A stretch of 51,552 nucleotides of DNA, the filler included, from Sphacelaria rigidula (taxonomy: Eukaryota): NCBI GenBank assembly GCA_964200075.2. It is 3 parts of 3 records of this genome, joined end to end, with 100 filler letters (N's around TTAATTAATTAA, not from the genome) between each part and the next. Parts side by side here need not be neighbours in the genome. Positions count along the whole stretch, not along the records: positions 1 to 17,119 come from CAXNAA020001162.1; 2 more parts are not named here. The stretch is one strand, 5' to 3'. Both the position numbers and the translations under genes were made by a program. The notes under the pieces are model-generated. The model saw only the letters and a list, made by a program, of their open reading frames with translations, had not been told where the DNA came from and ran no database searches. Each line of letters begins with the position of its first letter. Positions within the stretch are counted from its first letter, which is position 1. Of this stretch, positions 1 to 12,235 are shown piece after piece.

Positions 1-74
1 GTAGAAACCAGTCATCCACTGTGGCGGAAGTTTCTGCATAACACCACCGCGACGACCGTATATCGTATCGTTCG

Positions 75-2502
75 CTACGGTTGTAAGGAAGAGGAGGAGT
101 CGCACCCAATGACTATGTATACCTGTGGATGCCGATCCTCTCCTCCGCCGAATATGGCTAGCGCACGTGTTGGGAGGACCCGCCACGTCGGGTCCATATG
201 ACAACCGTAGTCGTCCGCTGGAGTGTTTCGCCGGTGGAATCCGCGGTCAACATCGCCCTTGAAAGGGATGGTGTTAAATGGAACATCGAACGCCTTTGTT
301 CCGCCGCACAAGTCAGCCTGCGGATACCCGATATAAACGAGGGTGGCGACGTGAGTTGTGTCTGCGTCCAGCCGGACTACTGTATCGTGACAAGTGCTCT
401 GTCTATATGCACATAAACTTGAGTATTCTCCCGTACTGGATCATCTAGGGCCAGGCATGTATCAATACGGCGATTACAAGACCGTGTCAGTCAGCGTGTA
501 CCACTGGCGCGACAACGCACCATCATCTTCAACGCCGTCTTGCAGGAGTGTGCCCAGTCGGTGTCGTATCCTTCGGTGTCGGTCTTCTTGCGGAACTCGC
601 GGCTCTTGTCCACGACGATGACGACGGGTAGTGCATGAAGCCCCCCGTCAAGCATCACGGCTTCCAGTTCTTGCCGCAAAGATTGCATTTTTCGCGGGTA
701 ATTAACCGGTACCACTATAGTTCCGACTAGTGAGCGGAACTCGCCATCTCCGGCCTTTTTCGCACTGAGAGTGGTCTTCACGACGTCCGCGGCGACGAAG
801 CTCTTGCATGGCAACGATCGCACGTGCTTCATGGAGGGTACATACATTCGGCAAGACAGACGCGGATTAAAGGCGAAGATACCACGATTTCGGTTCTTTC
901 AATCGAAGTGGATCATGTCCTGCTATTTAGGTCCGGTGCCGGTAGTATCTCCCCTTCGGGAGTTAAGTAATCCGTGATAGGTTGGGCAAGTTGATCGGAT
1001 GGCAGTCTGTGTGCAAGTGACATGTCGGCACTCTGGTGGCGATGATTGTGGCGCTGTCCATGCCATGGGACGGCCCTGAGCTGGACGGACCAGATAAAAT
1101 GTCCCCATGATTTCCAGAAAACACACATTTTACGACAGCCGCCCCCCCCCCCAAAACAAAACCAGGCCGAGGTTGTCGTGAACGTAATGGTCATCGGGCG
1201 CCTGATGTTTGGTTTCAGGCCGCGCGAAGCGGCTCGTGTGGGCGACATTACACAAACTGAACCCAAGCGGTACGATTCCCACCTGCTGCTTGTGCGCGGC
1301 TTTCTGTATTCCGATTGACGTTTGCATTTCGCCTCCCCGAACCAGCCACTTGTTTCGAGGGGGGATGTTTTATAAAGTGTCACAATGCGATATATTCAGC
1401 GCTCCGTGTGTCCTTTCGCATCAGCCCCCTTCCACGGAGCTCGCGTTTGTGCGGTTCAGTTGCAAAAATGGCGTCTACGCCATTCTATTCCATATTTGGT
1501 GTAAGAAACACCGGAATGAGCGCGGACCAATTTTTGCTCTTTACCCCGCACGTCGCCGCGGGCATCGGGTAACTGCCTTCGTGCAGCATGGACTGCTTCG
1601 TGTACTGTAAAATATAGTGTGTTCCGTTGTGTGCGCAAATCACATTTTGACAGTGTAGTGAGTTGTCCGTAAAAGGTGATTCGTTATCCCCCCTGCTTGA
1701 TGCACATACTCGCCTCTCAAATGTGAGTCCCTGGACTTTTCAGCTGTGATTTCAAGCGACGCCACCCCTTCACTCCTTCTATGCCGAGGGGTTGTCTTCA
1801 CCACCCATGAAAAACTGGGAGAGCGCAAAAGATGGGCACCGCGATCGCCTTTCAGCCGGGTAAGGATTGGCTTGGGTTGGGAAATCGGTTTCGAAAACGG
1901 CTTTGTCGAACACCCAATATATCAAGAGTTTTGAAACGTTGGTTTAAACTCATGGTCTGTTTTTCGTATGAGTAGTGCTCTGCCCTCACCTCAACGGGTG
2001 ACTCCAAGCTCCCCCGTGAAGGCATGACGGTCACCTCCGCTCTTCCACCGTCCGCGGAGGTAGTTTTGGTGGACCCGGTCGCCACCGGGTCCACATCCTC
2101 CTCACTTTCGGCATCGCTATCGCCGTACTCGGAACTTCCTGCGCCTGCCGCTTCCGTCTCACTCTGCTCACCGGTGGTGCTGACGGTGGCGTTCCCATCG
2201 GTTACACGATTGTCGACGCTTCCGTCTGATCCTGAGTCGTCGTCATCCGCGAGACACTCCTCGTTCAGGTCGGTTGCGCCGTCACTCGTGATAATATACT
2301 GCGAGAGCTTGTAGACGTCATATTTGCACAGTTGCATCGTGTTGAGTAATACAGCCACCGTGCCTGCCCATTCCTTGGTGGGTGGCGCCCACTCGGACAA
2401 ACCTTCCACCGTCACTTTGTCGGGAGGAGGCAAGTGGTGGAAGGATTCCAACAAGGTGTTCGCCACTTGGAAGGGGATATTCGTCAGAGGTGTTTCCGCC
2501 AC
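75..2502 (-). pseudogene. Degenerate multi-exon gene of unknown function; ORF pieces 1852-2502 (acidic/Ser-rich), 1130-1327, 491-847 and 75-311; may continue beyond the window start
   Basis: Several protein-like minus-strand ORFs separated by intron-like stretches, e.g. a CCGCAG|GCT acceptor near 318. No family recognised. Confidence 0.4.
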
Positions 2503-3455
2503 GTCCGAGTAGAATACCTACGAAGGCGGTCAAGCGTAGGCATCAATGGAGCACATGAGAATCTCCGACGGGGGTGTTGCGTTGCAATAATATAGGCAGC
2601 CTTGTTGCCATGCCGATAACTGAGGTTGGGTCCCCGCGCGAAATGCCCCCCACGCCCCACCCATTCTTCCAAGCACACATGACTGAAGTAATAGAAGAGG
2701 GGAAGGCATAGGTAGGCAGGGTGCACGTGATGGTCACAGACTCTAATGTAAATGCTGAGGTCAAGATACGTATCGTGATGAACGTCAAGGCACCAAAGCT
2801 AGAATATGCAGGAGAAGTGCGTGAGGGGAATGTGAACTTGTCGAAGAAGTCGGGAACAGCACAGATCGCCGCGGCGACGAAAAAGGTGGGGTGCTCGAAA
2901 ACGACGAGTAGTACAGCATGTAGAGCAGAGTCGGGCCCGTTCCCACTTGAAACTAACAAATACATGAGAAAATGCCGATGGCAGTGTAGCTCCAAAAACA
3001 GGCAGTGGAAGAGATTGCCAGCTATGGTTTATGAGGCAGTATTGGAAAAATTACGAGTGTGCAGGCTGGAATAACGGGGGGTAGAGAAGTCGAGAGAGTG
3101 TGGAAGAAGATATTAGAATATGAAAACGACATGCTGCCCATAGGTGAAGGCGCGGGTACAAACTAAAAGGTAGAGATATGATAGAAATACGGGGACAAAA
3201 GATGATGAGACGCAAAGTAGACGAGGGAGAAACTTGCAGACGTCTGGCGGGTTGAGTGGGAGGATAGGGGTGAAAACAAACTGCATGGAAACTGCATGGC
3301 CCGATGGACGCGGCGATAATTTGAAATCTGTCCAAGGGTAGGTCGACTAGTGCACACTCGATACTCTGAATTTTTCAAGAGTCATACTTGTAGTACCCAA
3401 ACTTCGAGTGAAGTATTGAGACCGTACTCGACCTCCGCAACATTTGAGTAGAGTA

Positions 3456-4305
3456 CAAGCTGGGCCAGCGTAGAGGCGGATTTGAGGTTTGCAAGCCCAT
3501 GCTCCCGCGAGTATTTAGAGTTGGACCCTTAACTTTGGTATGGACAAAGGATAGGGCATGAAAAACAAATTACAGGAGCACCATAGTTTTTTTTTGTTTT
3601 TTCATGAGTCGAAGGCACTTTACTGATACCTAAAAAGTGATTATTGCCCAGAAATAACGTGGAAAAAAACTCTGGTGCTCCTGTAATTTTTTTTTCATGC
3701 CCTATTCATTGTCCATACCAAATTTCAGGGCCCAACTATAAATATTCGCGGGAGCATGGGCCTTTCAAAAACTGGGTCGGTAGAAACTCGGAACAGTATT
3801 TCGCAGGCCACTCACCGGCCCATGTTTGATTCTCTTGTATTGAACATTTGTGTGGGCGCTCTTGAAGGCATAATTAACAAGAAAAAGGGGGTCAGGTCGA
3901 TTTTTTTCAATTTTTGTCACTGGTTTAAGGCGTTCTACCATGGCGAAGACCATTTATTCACTAGAACGCCCTGATCTTCACGAAGAAAAAAAATGAAGGC
4001 CCATTACTCTTTATTATTCTGCAATCTTTTGTGGTTCTCTACACCAAGTTGCGTCGCCATCCGCTAAAAGCATCGATCGGGAGTTTCGTAGAGATTTTAG
4101 TATTGGCGCTATCTCCCTTAGGTTGAGGAACTACTTGACATGGGGTTTAATCAACGAGAAAGTATGGACCCGAAATTTTGAGCAGAGGGGTACCTTCCCC
4201 TTGATTAGACGATTAATACGGTATGCGGATCACGGCCCAACTCGCCGGTGTCAATGACATATAGCATTTAGAGCTTAAAATCCGTTTTTAGGCCGGCCCA
4301 GCTCG
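3456..4305. mobile_element. Non-autonomous Tc1/mariner-like element (850 bp)
   Basis: TIRs CAAGCTGGGCCAGCGTAGAGGCGGATTT / AAATCCGTTTTTAGGCCGGCCCAGCTCG, flanked by TA at 3454-55 and 4306-07. Removing it restores the host repeat unit TTTGAGTAGAGTA|TTGAGGTCATACTC. Confidence 0.75.
3495..3761. repeat. Internal inverted repeat (arms ~3495-3593 and ~3663-3761)
   Basis: GCCCATGCTCCCGCGA...TTTGGTATGGACAA...TTACAGGAGCACCA recurs as an imperfect reverse complement after a ~70-bp spacer. Confidence 0.85.
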
Positions 4306-4763
4306 TATTGAGGTCATACTCAAGTGATACTCTTTACTCAAGTATTACCGAGAGTGCTTACGCAATGCTTGAGTACAGTATTTGAGATTGTACTCGATCT
4401 ACTCACAATTTCAGTAGAGTAATGGAGGCCGTACTCGACCTATTCAAAATTTGAGTAGAGTGTTCGAGGTCGTACTCGACCTATTCAAAATTTGAGTAGA
4501 GTATTCAAGGTCGTACTCGACCTCCTCTAACATCGAGTAGGGTAAATGAGTCATCCTACGATAGGGGGGGGGTATTTTGGGCCACTTCTGGAACGAAATT
4601 CAGAGACAAATTGTCCTTGAAAGCAGCAACGGTGACTCGAACGAGTTTGTTGAACATACATAACGCTCGTTCATACCGATTGACACCGTTTTGAACCGAA
4701 TGCAAGGGCACCGCGACTGTGGTAGAAACGTAATGGGCGCCTAAATGTTGGAAGTGTATATAC

Positions 4764-4962
4764 TGTAATGCGTGAGAGGACTGTGTGCTTTGAGGATCGC
4801 GCCGTAGTTCAGAACACCTCAGGATCGACGTTTTTCATAACCAATCGGGGCAGTCCCTGGAGGTACGACGCCCCTAACCCTAACCCCAACACTAACCCTA
4901 ACCACAGGGATGTTCAAATTCTGATGCGGTCCTCTAAGCACGCGGTCCTTTTGCGCAGTACA
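4764..4962. mobile_element. MITE family A, copy 1, with internal telomere-like CCCTAA repeats
   Basis: TIR TGTAATGCGTGAGAGGAC..GTGCTT.GAGGA.CGC with reverse complement at 4924-4962; CCCTAACCCTAACCCCAACACTAACCCTAACC at 4872-4903. Confidence 0.8.
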
Positions 4963-5269
4963 TCTACTATGAGCATGAGCGGTGCTCCTTCTTCCAAGGG
5001 ATGCGTGGTCAACGGCGAAACGATTAAGGCAAGCTTTCACTCGGTCCACCCCCCCACCCCCCCACCCCCCACCCTCCCGCACCCCTACACCCCTCTCCCT
5101 CCTACACGCCACTCCGCTTGGGGAGGTGCACCTTATTGTATGTACCGGTGTTAACCACGTACGTGTGGTATTTGCGGTGTATATTCCTCTACTCTTGCGT
5201 TGCCTCATCGGGCAACATCGGTGCGCGCGCCGCCCGTGAAATTGTCCGGGATGCAGTGTCAACTCACAC

Positions 5270-7507
5270 CTCACCTCATTCACTTTATCCTCGGAGAATT
5301 TGGTGCTGATCTCGTCCGCCACTATCTTCAGGAAGCTCGGGTATCTTTCGCTCAACACGGCGAACGCTGACAGCTTATCTACCTTGTTGCCGTTCGCGCT
5401 CGGGGGATCGTCGTTGGTTGGGTCGCGGTCGACGATGTGGTATCTTATGGCGAGGACGACGAAGACCTTAGCACCAAAGTATTCCCATTCGCGATCCGTT
5501 CTTTTCCCCTGCATCAACGTAGACCGGACCTTGTGATAGAGTGCCTGGCAATGAATGAGCGCGAAGACGTGTGGTATATTGTTGATCGCTGCATGTGACA
5601 CAATAGTTGACCGGGGAGAGGCGTGACCGCTAACGTGTGTTGTGCAAGGGGCGGACGTGCCGTCATGGTTGCGCTGTCGTCACCGATGTGTTGTGAACTG
5701 TGTCTTTCCCGTGTTTATTCCCTGCATTTCAATTTACACCCTCGCGGCATCCTAAGCATTCGTGGTTGTAAGAGGGAGCGAGGGATCCCCGCGGCACCTC
5801 CTCGCGCACCGGCCGCATGCAACATATTGATTGACAAACAACACGTCGACGGTCGAGGTTTCCGAAACTTCCATCTTCAAGGTGAATGGAATCAATGTGA
5901 AGCGTCATATGACCTGTGGTTTAGCTCATCATGTTGCGGGTGGTATGGATTTTCCCAACGTTGACAACCCATCCGCCTCACCGACTGAAAACTCGTGGGC
6001 GAAAAGAATTTGACCGTGCCAGGCACGAACCGTTCTTTGTAGTACGCTCTTAGTGGCTTTATGGCCGGAAAAGTGTCGCTGAAGACGGCTGTCGCTGATG
6101 CGCAGAGCTTCTTGCGCGCGCTGGCGGCCACCGATGAGGGCAGGTTTTGTCGGATGATTGGGCCAGATACCCCGCGCTCCCTGTGCGGAGGTGCGTGCAG
6201 AAGAAGAGCAGGGTGTCGGAGTCCAGGTACATCATCAGCCAACAACTCAAAGCGTCAAGCCGACCTTCACTCGAAGGCGTCGTTCAGAGAGTTTCAGAAA
6301 AGCATTTTTTCAAATGTCGCCGGTGACGGTGTACCTTCCGCTATCAAATATTTTCCAGGGCGATTTCTTCAGAGGGAGAGGGTCATTGGCGCCACTGCAC
6401 TCTGAAAACCGTTGGTCCTGTTCAGAGTTTATGGCGGAATGAAAAATAACCACGCCCACCTTCACCACCACGGCCACGTCCACTCCGAAGTCGATACACC
6501 CTAACAAGCAGAGTGGGACACTCATTATACATCAAAACTGCCATACTCAACAAGGGGCCATTCACTAAGTAGAAAAGCTTAGCATCGCAATCAGAAGACC
6601 TCCCTGACGCCGGCTGCTGTTTGAAAGTGCTGCGTGCCGTGCTGTTTGTACAACTTGTAATGCGTGAGAGGACCGCGTGCTTAGAGGATCGCATCGGAAT
6701 TTGAACACCCTTATGCTTAGGGTTAGGGTTAGTGTTAGTGTTGGGGTTAGGGTCAGGGGCGTGGTATCTGCACGAACTGAGATAGGATAGAACGTCATTC
6801 GAAATGCCAGTGCTCTCAGGTTCCCGGCAGCTGACCTCGAAGCGGTTCGTCAGGGAAGCGGTGGCGATCCCTTTCTTTCGTCACTCTTCTTGTCGGCACC
6901 GGAGCACCCCTTTGTCCCTCGAGTTGGAGTGACAATACTTGAATATTGCTATTTTCATCAGCGACGTAATATTTCGCTGCCTAAAAGCGCCAGTGGGTTT
7001 GACTTGGTAGCCGGCATACTAGATGCGTTCGAGTACTGACGGGATAAAATATCATTCGAATTGCCAGTACCCTCAGGTCCCCAGCAGCTGACCTCTGTAC
7101 CATTCGTGAGAGGTGCGGTACCGATCGCCGTTTTGGTAACTCCTGTTGTCATCATCTCTGTTGTTTCGGACCAAAATCACGACAGCGAAGAACCCGTCCC
7201 CGATCGCAATTGTCATCGCCACGGTCGCAAACGACTCAGGTGTCCGGAAGGTCACACCCTGTGAAGTTCGTGTACTACCCCGATTCGGACGCGAGCCCGC
7301 AAGTTCATCCTTCAGCCAGATTCCCGAGAGCGCATGTTGTCGCCGCCGACTACCTCGCGGACCATAAGACCATTGCCGGTTACCGCGTTTCAGCTGTCGA
7401 CGTGGAAGCATGGCTGCAACTGCGTTCGCCCGGGGATCTACACCAAGTGTTTCCCACATCGCCTTACGCCCAACAGATGATAATCCCGCCCTCATCACAT
7501 CAACCAT
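5270..7507 (-). pseudogene. Degenerate minus-strand exons of unknown product, divergent from the integrase gene
   Basis: Protein-like segments at ~5275-5601 (ending at a GAG|GTGAGG donor), 5892-6400 and 6800-7507, with stops and frameshifts. A duplicated peptide EVSC(W/R).PE.TG.SND occurs at ~6795-6840 and ~7050-7095. Confidence 0.4.
6656..6770. mobile_element. MITE family A, copy 2 (truncated, one TIR)
   Basis: TGTAATGCGTGAGAGGACCGCGTGCTTAGAGGATCGCAT followed by TTAGGGTTAGGGTTAGTGTTAGTG. Confidence 0.75.
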
Positions 7508-7836
7508 TGACTAAGGCAAGCAACAAATGAGTACGCCCCCCCCTCATCACATCACGATCTGCCGGGTCTGGTGTACAACATACCTCTAGCCGGGGGAACG
7601 TTCGAAGCGCTCGAACCGGAACACGACGAATTCAAGCCACAAACACAATTGCCCGGAAGTCACGAAGACCCCGCCCGCTCCAAACGGGATCTCAACACAA
7701 CAGCCCGGCAGCACTCGCGGAAAAACAACGTCGACAGGCGGAGTTTACCCCGCGCTTCGGGCCGCAATACTTTGACGACACGGCAATCTTCTTACGCGAA
7801 CGACACTCAAATAGGCCCTCGTTTTTCAGAAATGAG

Positions 7837-10271
7837 GTGTACGATTTCTTGGATTCAGGTCTTCTGCCCCATCGTCTATCCATACGGTTGTTCGCCAAGA
7901 GGGGGCAATATCAACATTCGATACGAGACTTCAAGCTTCAGGCCCGAAAATTCTGGATGGTGAGCGAAGAGAAAGACACCAATGGGCGCCGGACACTATT
8001 TCGCACCGTGCGCCCAAGCAGGTCCGCCGAGGTGAAGACGTATCGACAGACTACATACGGACCTCGGGTCGTCCCCCCGAAGAGCGACATAGAAGATATC
8101 GTCGCGCAGGTCAGTCGGGTAAACACGCCACACATGGGTTGCGTGTCGCCCGTGTTCGCCGTCTAACGACAGTAGTAGAAAACAGAGCGCTGACAGGAAA
8201 GTATCCATATCTCTCGGTTGCACGGCGAATACTGACAGAAACACGCAAAAACGCACGCCGGAGAGCGATTGATGGAGATGGAGATTCGCAAGACGTACGA
8301 CATTGTCAGTGAGGTCCTCAGGCCGATTCTAAGGGCGTTGAGAAAGATGTGCGAGACCTGCGCCCTTCACCAGACTCTCCCCACGTCCACACCGGCCGCG
8401 TACATCGTGTCAAACTTCTAGGGGGAGCGTGTGCTGGTAGACTGCAAGACAGTATACGGTAGAGGGTACTTTGTTATAGCTGTGGACCATTTCACGACGT
8501 ACACGTGGACGAAGTTCGTCGAACGGGAGTTTGGTCGGCCGATAGCTGTATTCGTTGCTGACGTCGTTAGGGACGTTCGCCAGATTCGCAATAATAGGCC
8601 ACACATCGACCACGACACGACCGCGACGTCACCACCGGACCCTACGCTACACATCTCTACCGGTAAGGTGAGCGTCGCCTTGACGTCGCATCCACGTACC
8701 CATCCCACGGTCTGACTAGTAGTTCCCGTATGATCCCGGTAGAATGATGAGTCATGTCCCACGACATTGAGCAGATGTTCCTCTGGCGGAAAAATCCAAC
8801 ATGGTGTTACACCGCAGATGGCACGCATCCCACATGCTTCCAATGACGATTATAACCATGGCAACGCGCCCGCCGGGCCGACGTTCGGTACACTTGCACC
8901 AAATCACCCAGGAATTTCAAGAGATCCTCAACGCAGAGCGGGAAAGAGAGATGAAGACCCCGACCATATACCAGAGTGACAACGGCCACGAATTGAAAAA
9001 CCGGTATATGCGAAGTGAACTCAGCAACCTTGGGGTCCTGATGCGACACAGCAAGCCATACAACCCCCGTACCAACGGCAAGGCGGAAAACAGAGTGAAG
9101 GTTGTCGCCCAGAAATTTGCCGCCGAGATCAGGGCGTGGGACGACCTCTCGAAGGTGTCGGTGCACGACATCATCGCAGCCTTGGCCAGCGCGACGTCCA
9201 TTCTTAACTGGACACAGGGCTCGACGTCCACCTGTCGACCATTCGAGGCAAGTTGAGAGAATAGTCTCACATCGAACAGTCGACACCAATGCTGAGCGGA
9301 GATACTGACTCTCCACGCAAACGGTACCATCATGATGCATTATCACCTCCCGGCGTCACGTACATCCGCCGCACCAATCCTGCGCAGGCTGCATACCACT
9401 ACCAGGCTATCCTGACCACAGCAGAAAAGGACGGATCTGCGACAAGAAGAGGTGAAGCGATCGCCCCCACGCAGGCGGTCCTGATGACCAACAAAACCCG
9501 GGCGATTCAGGGCGTCAAAGCCCTCGCCGACCAACAACGACAGCTCAGGAAGGCAGAAAACTCGTCTGTAATTCGGCTACAGGTAATTGGCATATACTCA
9601 GTCGCAACGTTGCATTTTTTGCGGAAGTAGGAAGACCTCCGACATCAAAGTTGACGACATGGCCGCAGACCCTGTCGCACAGGGATCCGCATGCGAAGAT
9701 CGCACTCGCGAAGCGTCTGCCGATTAGTACCCACCACACACCCTCATCGCGAAGAAGCACGAGAGCACCGACAACCATAGTGTTTACAATCCGTCACGTG
9801 GTAATGCATGACAGCAGCGCGTCTGTAGAGGGCGGCGTCGTAGCTCAAAGCACATCAGGACCCATGTTTTTCAAGACCAATCCGGCCAGCACCTGCAGGG
9901 TCCAAGCCCCCGCCTCTAACCCCAACAGGAACCCTGACCTTAACCCTAACCATAAGAATGTTTGAATTCCCATGCGGCCCCCTAAGCACGCGATCCTCGT
10001 TCGCATTACCACGTGTACAATCCGAGAATCAACAGCAGTCCCTTCCGAACACTAGGGTGCTCCTTTTGACTATAGCGCCATGCTGCACTCCCAGGTGAAC
10101 GACGAGGTTTGGTTCTACGACCCGGCGGCGAAGTTGAAGAAGACGAAATTGAAGGGCACCATCCGGAACTTCACCCACAACAGAACCTACGCAGAGGTTC
10201 GCCACGGAAAATCCGGGTCGACCATCACAGTTGATGTTAGGCTACTCGTCCACACAGGTGTCTTCGAAGAG
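7837..10271 (+). pseudogene. Intron-containing gypsy-type DDE integrase/transposase (Ginger-like), inactivated
   Basis: Intron 8110-8238 (CAG|GTCAGT...ACTGACAG) joins DIEDIVAQ|KHAKTHAG...MCETC, an HHCC zinc finger. Then *GERVLVDC...YFVIAVDHFTTYTW (first D; in-frame TAG at 8419-21), TPTIYQSDNGHE (second D) and SKPYNPRTNGKAEN (E). Intron 9583-10094 joins RLQ|VNDEVWFYD, an SH3-like C-terminus. No RT, RNase H or LTR nearby. Confidence 0.85.
9800..10010. mobile_element. MITE family A, copy 3, inside an integrase intron
   Basis: GGTAATGC...GCATTACC termini, flanked by ACGT on both sides (or CACGTG if the termini are 1 bp shorter); degenerate CCCTAA repeats at 9915-9952. Confidence 0.75.
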
Positions 10272-10584
10272 GTGAGCTACCCACAGCAACTGCCCTGCAC
10301 GGTTTTTTGACACGAACGAAATCCGATCGACGCGCCTGTTACACACCTGCACGGGGGGGGAGGCGCCGCGACCTGATTCCCCTTTTCACGCCGGGTCATG
10401 ACCTCACCCACTGTCGCTGTCGCAAACAACCTGATCGTGAGCATCGCACACGAACCAAGCATTACACTTATTGCAGCAATCTACCCCGCGCCGCCCATCA
10501 CTCACGTGGGTCTTCCGATGCTATCCCTACTATCCAAACAACCTTGTCTCCTCTTTTCGTTCTTTGTTATGTATACCTCGGACT

Positions 10585-11636
10585 CCGGCGGTGTAAAAGC
10601 ACCAAAACAGTTTTCGCGAAATGGAAGGAGCTCAAACGCGAGGCAGTTCTCGCAAGCAAGGCAGCGGATAGGCTTGGTAACACGGCATCCGTTGCCGCCT
10701 CAGAGGACGTACCACGCAAGGGTCCTGGCCTGATAGCGACATGCAGCCCCAAAGATTCCACGCCTCGCAAAAAGCCACGGCTTCCTTCACCCCTGCAACC
10801 GGTCTCACAGACGCGACGAAGTGGCTCGCACGGCAAGAACTTAGTTGGCGATGAGATGACCTATGGTATTCTGCAAGAAGAACCCGACTCGGACGGGGAG
10901 GTGACACTGACATTTGGGCGCTTCCGCGACGGTGAAGGTGTGTTGCTACAGGCCATGAGGATCGGGGTTGTCGACGGTCGCTCTCCTCCTAGGCTGAGGT
11001 TCCGGCGCCGTGCGCTTGTCTTCAGTAATGGTTTCAGGTGGGAAGGTCTCGGAGTTACGTTATGGACCGCGGCCATATGAAGTGTCAGTACTAGCAGGTT
11101 CAGACGAGATGTAGTCGGACACGGCCCCCGACAGGGAGAAGTTTTGGAGAGGAATATCTCGGGGGTTGTTTCGTGGACCGCGGTCATATGAAGTACGAGT
11201 ACTTCTAGGTTCGACGGACCTACAGACGTATATGGGTTTATTTCTTTACATTTCGGATGATTGCTCTGCTGTGTATGTAAGGTCAGAGTTTTCGACGCTC
11301 GCTCCCTCCCTAGGCCGAGTGAGGTCGTGCAACGCGGGCACACGATGTCTCAGTACTTGCGGGTTCCGAAGAGCTGCAACCCGAGACGGGTCGTGTGGAC
11401 TTTTGTGTTCCATGTAATAGTTGGAAGATAGCGTTTTCACGGACTGCTTGCGCTTGGTCGATGAGTATGTGAGGTGCTTGGTCTGCGTTATGTTCGACAC
11501 CAGCGTTTTCGACGCCCGCTCTGTACCTGCGGTGGGTTTCCACTTATTTCGTTTCGCTATCCCTTGCGATGTTTTTCTGTGCGCACTGTCTATAAAGGAG
11601 CGCTGCAGGAGTAGCTTGTGGACCGCGCCTGAATGA
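10585..11636 (+). pseudogene. Degenerate exon-like segments between the integrase and the Sola2-like gene
   Basis: ORF 10307-11080; duplicated peptides GPR(P/S)YEV.VL.GS at ~11063 and ~11175, and VFDARS at ~11287 and ~11504. Confidence 0.4.
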
Positions 11637-11724
11637 AATCTCAGTAATTGCAGGTTGGCATGACTTTTCGCAGACATTATGTTTCGCTTGATCAAGTGTT
11701 TGTGGATCACTCTCTGCGATCCGT

Positions 11725-12179
11725 TGTGATGCGTGAGAGGACCGCGTGCTTAGAGGACCGTATTTAAGTCCTAAACACCTCAGTACCCGGGAGTACCAAG
11801 CCACATGAGGGCCGTTTATGCAGCTGGAAGCCGTGCGTCCCGATCATCAATACGTTTCTGCCTTAGCTACCCGTGGCTCCATAAAGTGCACGGCCCAAAA
11901 CACCTCAGCACCTGTGATTAACGAGTCACAAAAGTAGTACGCGGGAGTACCAAGCCACGTTGGGGCCGTGTATGCAGCTGGTAGCTGTGCGTGCCGATCA
12001 TCAGTAGGTGCAATTCGTCTGCCTTTGCTACCCCTGGCTCGATAAAATGCGCGGCCCAGGTCGGGCCTAGGCGCGGTCCCGGCATCGACGACGCCCGCGC
12101 GGTCCTCCTGCCATGTCGGTCCTGGGGTGTTCGAATCCAGATGCGGTCCTCTAAGCACGCGGTCCTCTCACGCATTACA
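11725..12179. mobile_element. MITE family A, copy 4 (455 bp, different interior with an internal ~110-bp duplication)
   Basis: Near-perfect ~37-bp TIRs. GGGAGTACCAAGCCAC...GGCCCA is repeated at ~11789-11897 and ~11943-12058. Confidence 0.85.
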
Positions 12180-12235
12180 CTGACGCCTTATGTCCACAAC
12201 TCACGGACGAGCTTACGTGACAAAGTTTAACAGAG

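Larger units (their letters stand above)
3338..4559. repeat. Foldback/MITE-like element with an internal ~40-bp tandem array (GTACTCGACCTATTCAAAATTTGAGTAGAGTATTCAAGGTC), split by a nested insertion
   Basis: Units at ~3350-3455 and ~4306-4545. Imperfect terminal inverted repeats GTAGG..GACT..ACTCGAT at 3338 and 4559. Confidence 0.6.

Noticed and set aside
4380-4545. CRISPR-like palindromic repeats
   Set aside because: The units are tandem with no unique spacers, there are no cas genes and the context is eukaryotic.
4872-4903. True telomere or chromosome fusion site
   Set aside because: The CCCTAA runs are short, degenerate and enclosed within MITE-like repeats.
7837-10271. Polinton/Maverick or endogenous giant virus as the source of the integrase
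   Set aside because: No pPolB, packaging ATPase, capsid or dense intronless ORFs are visible, and the gene has introns.
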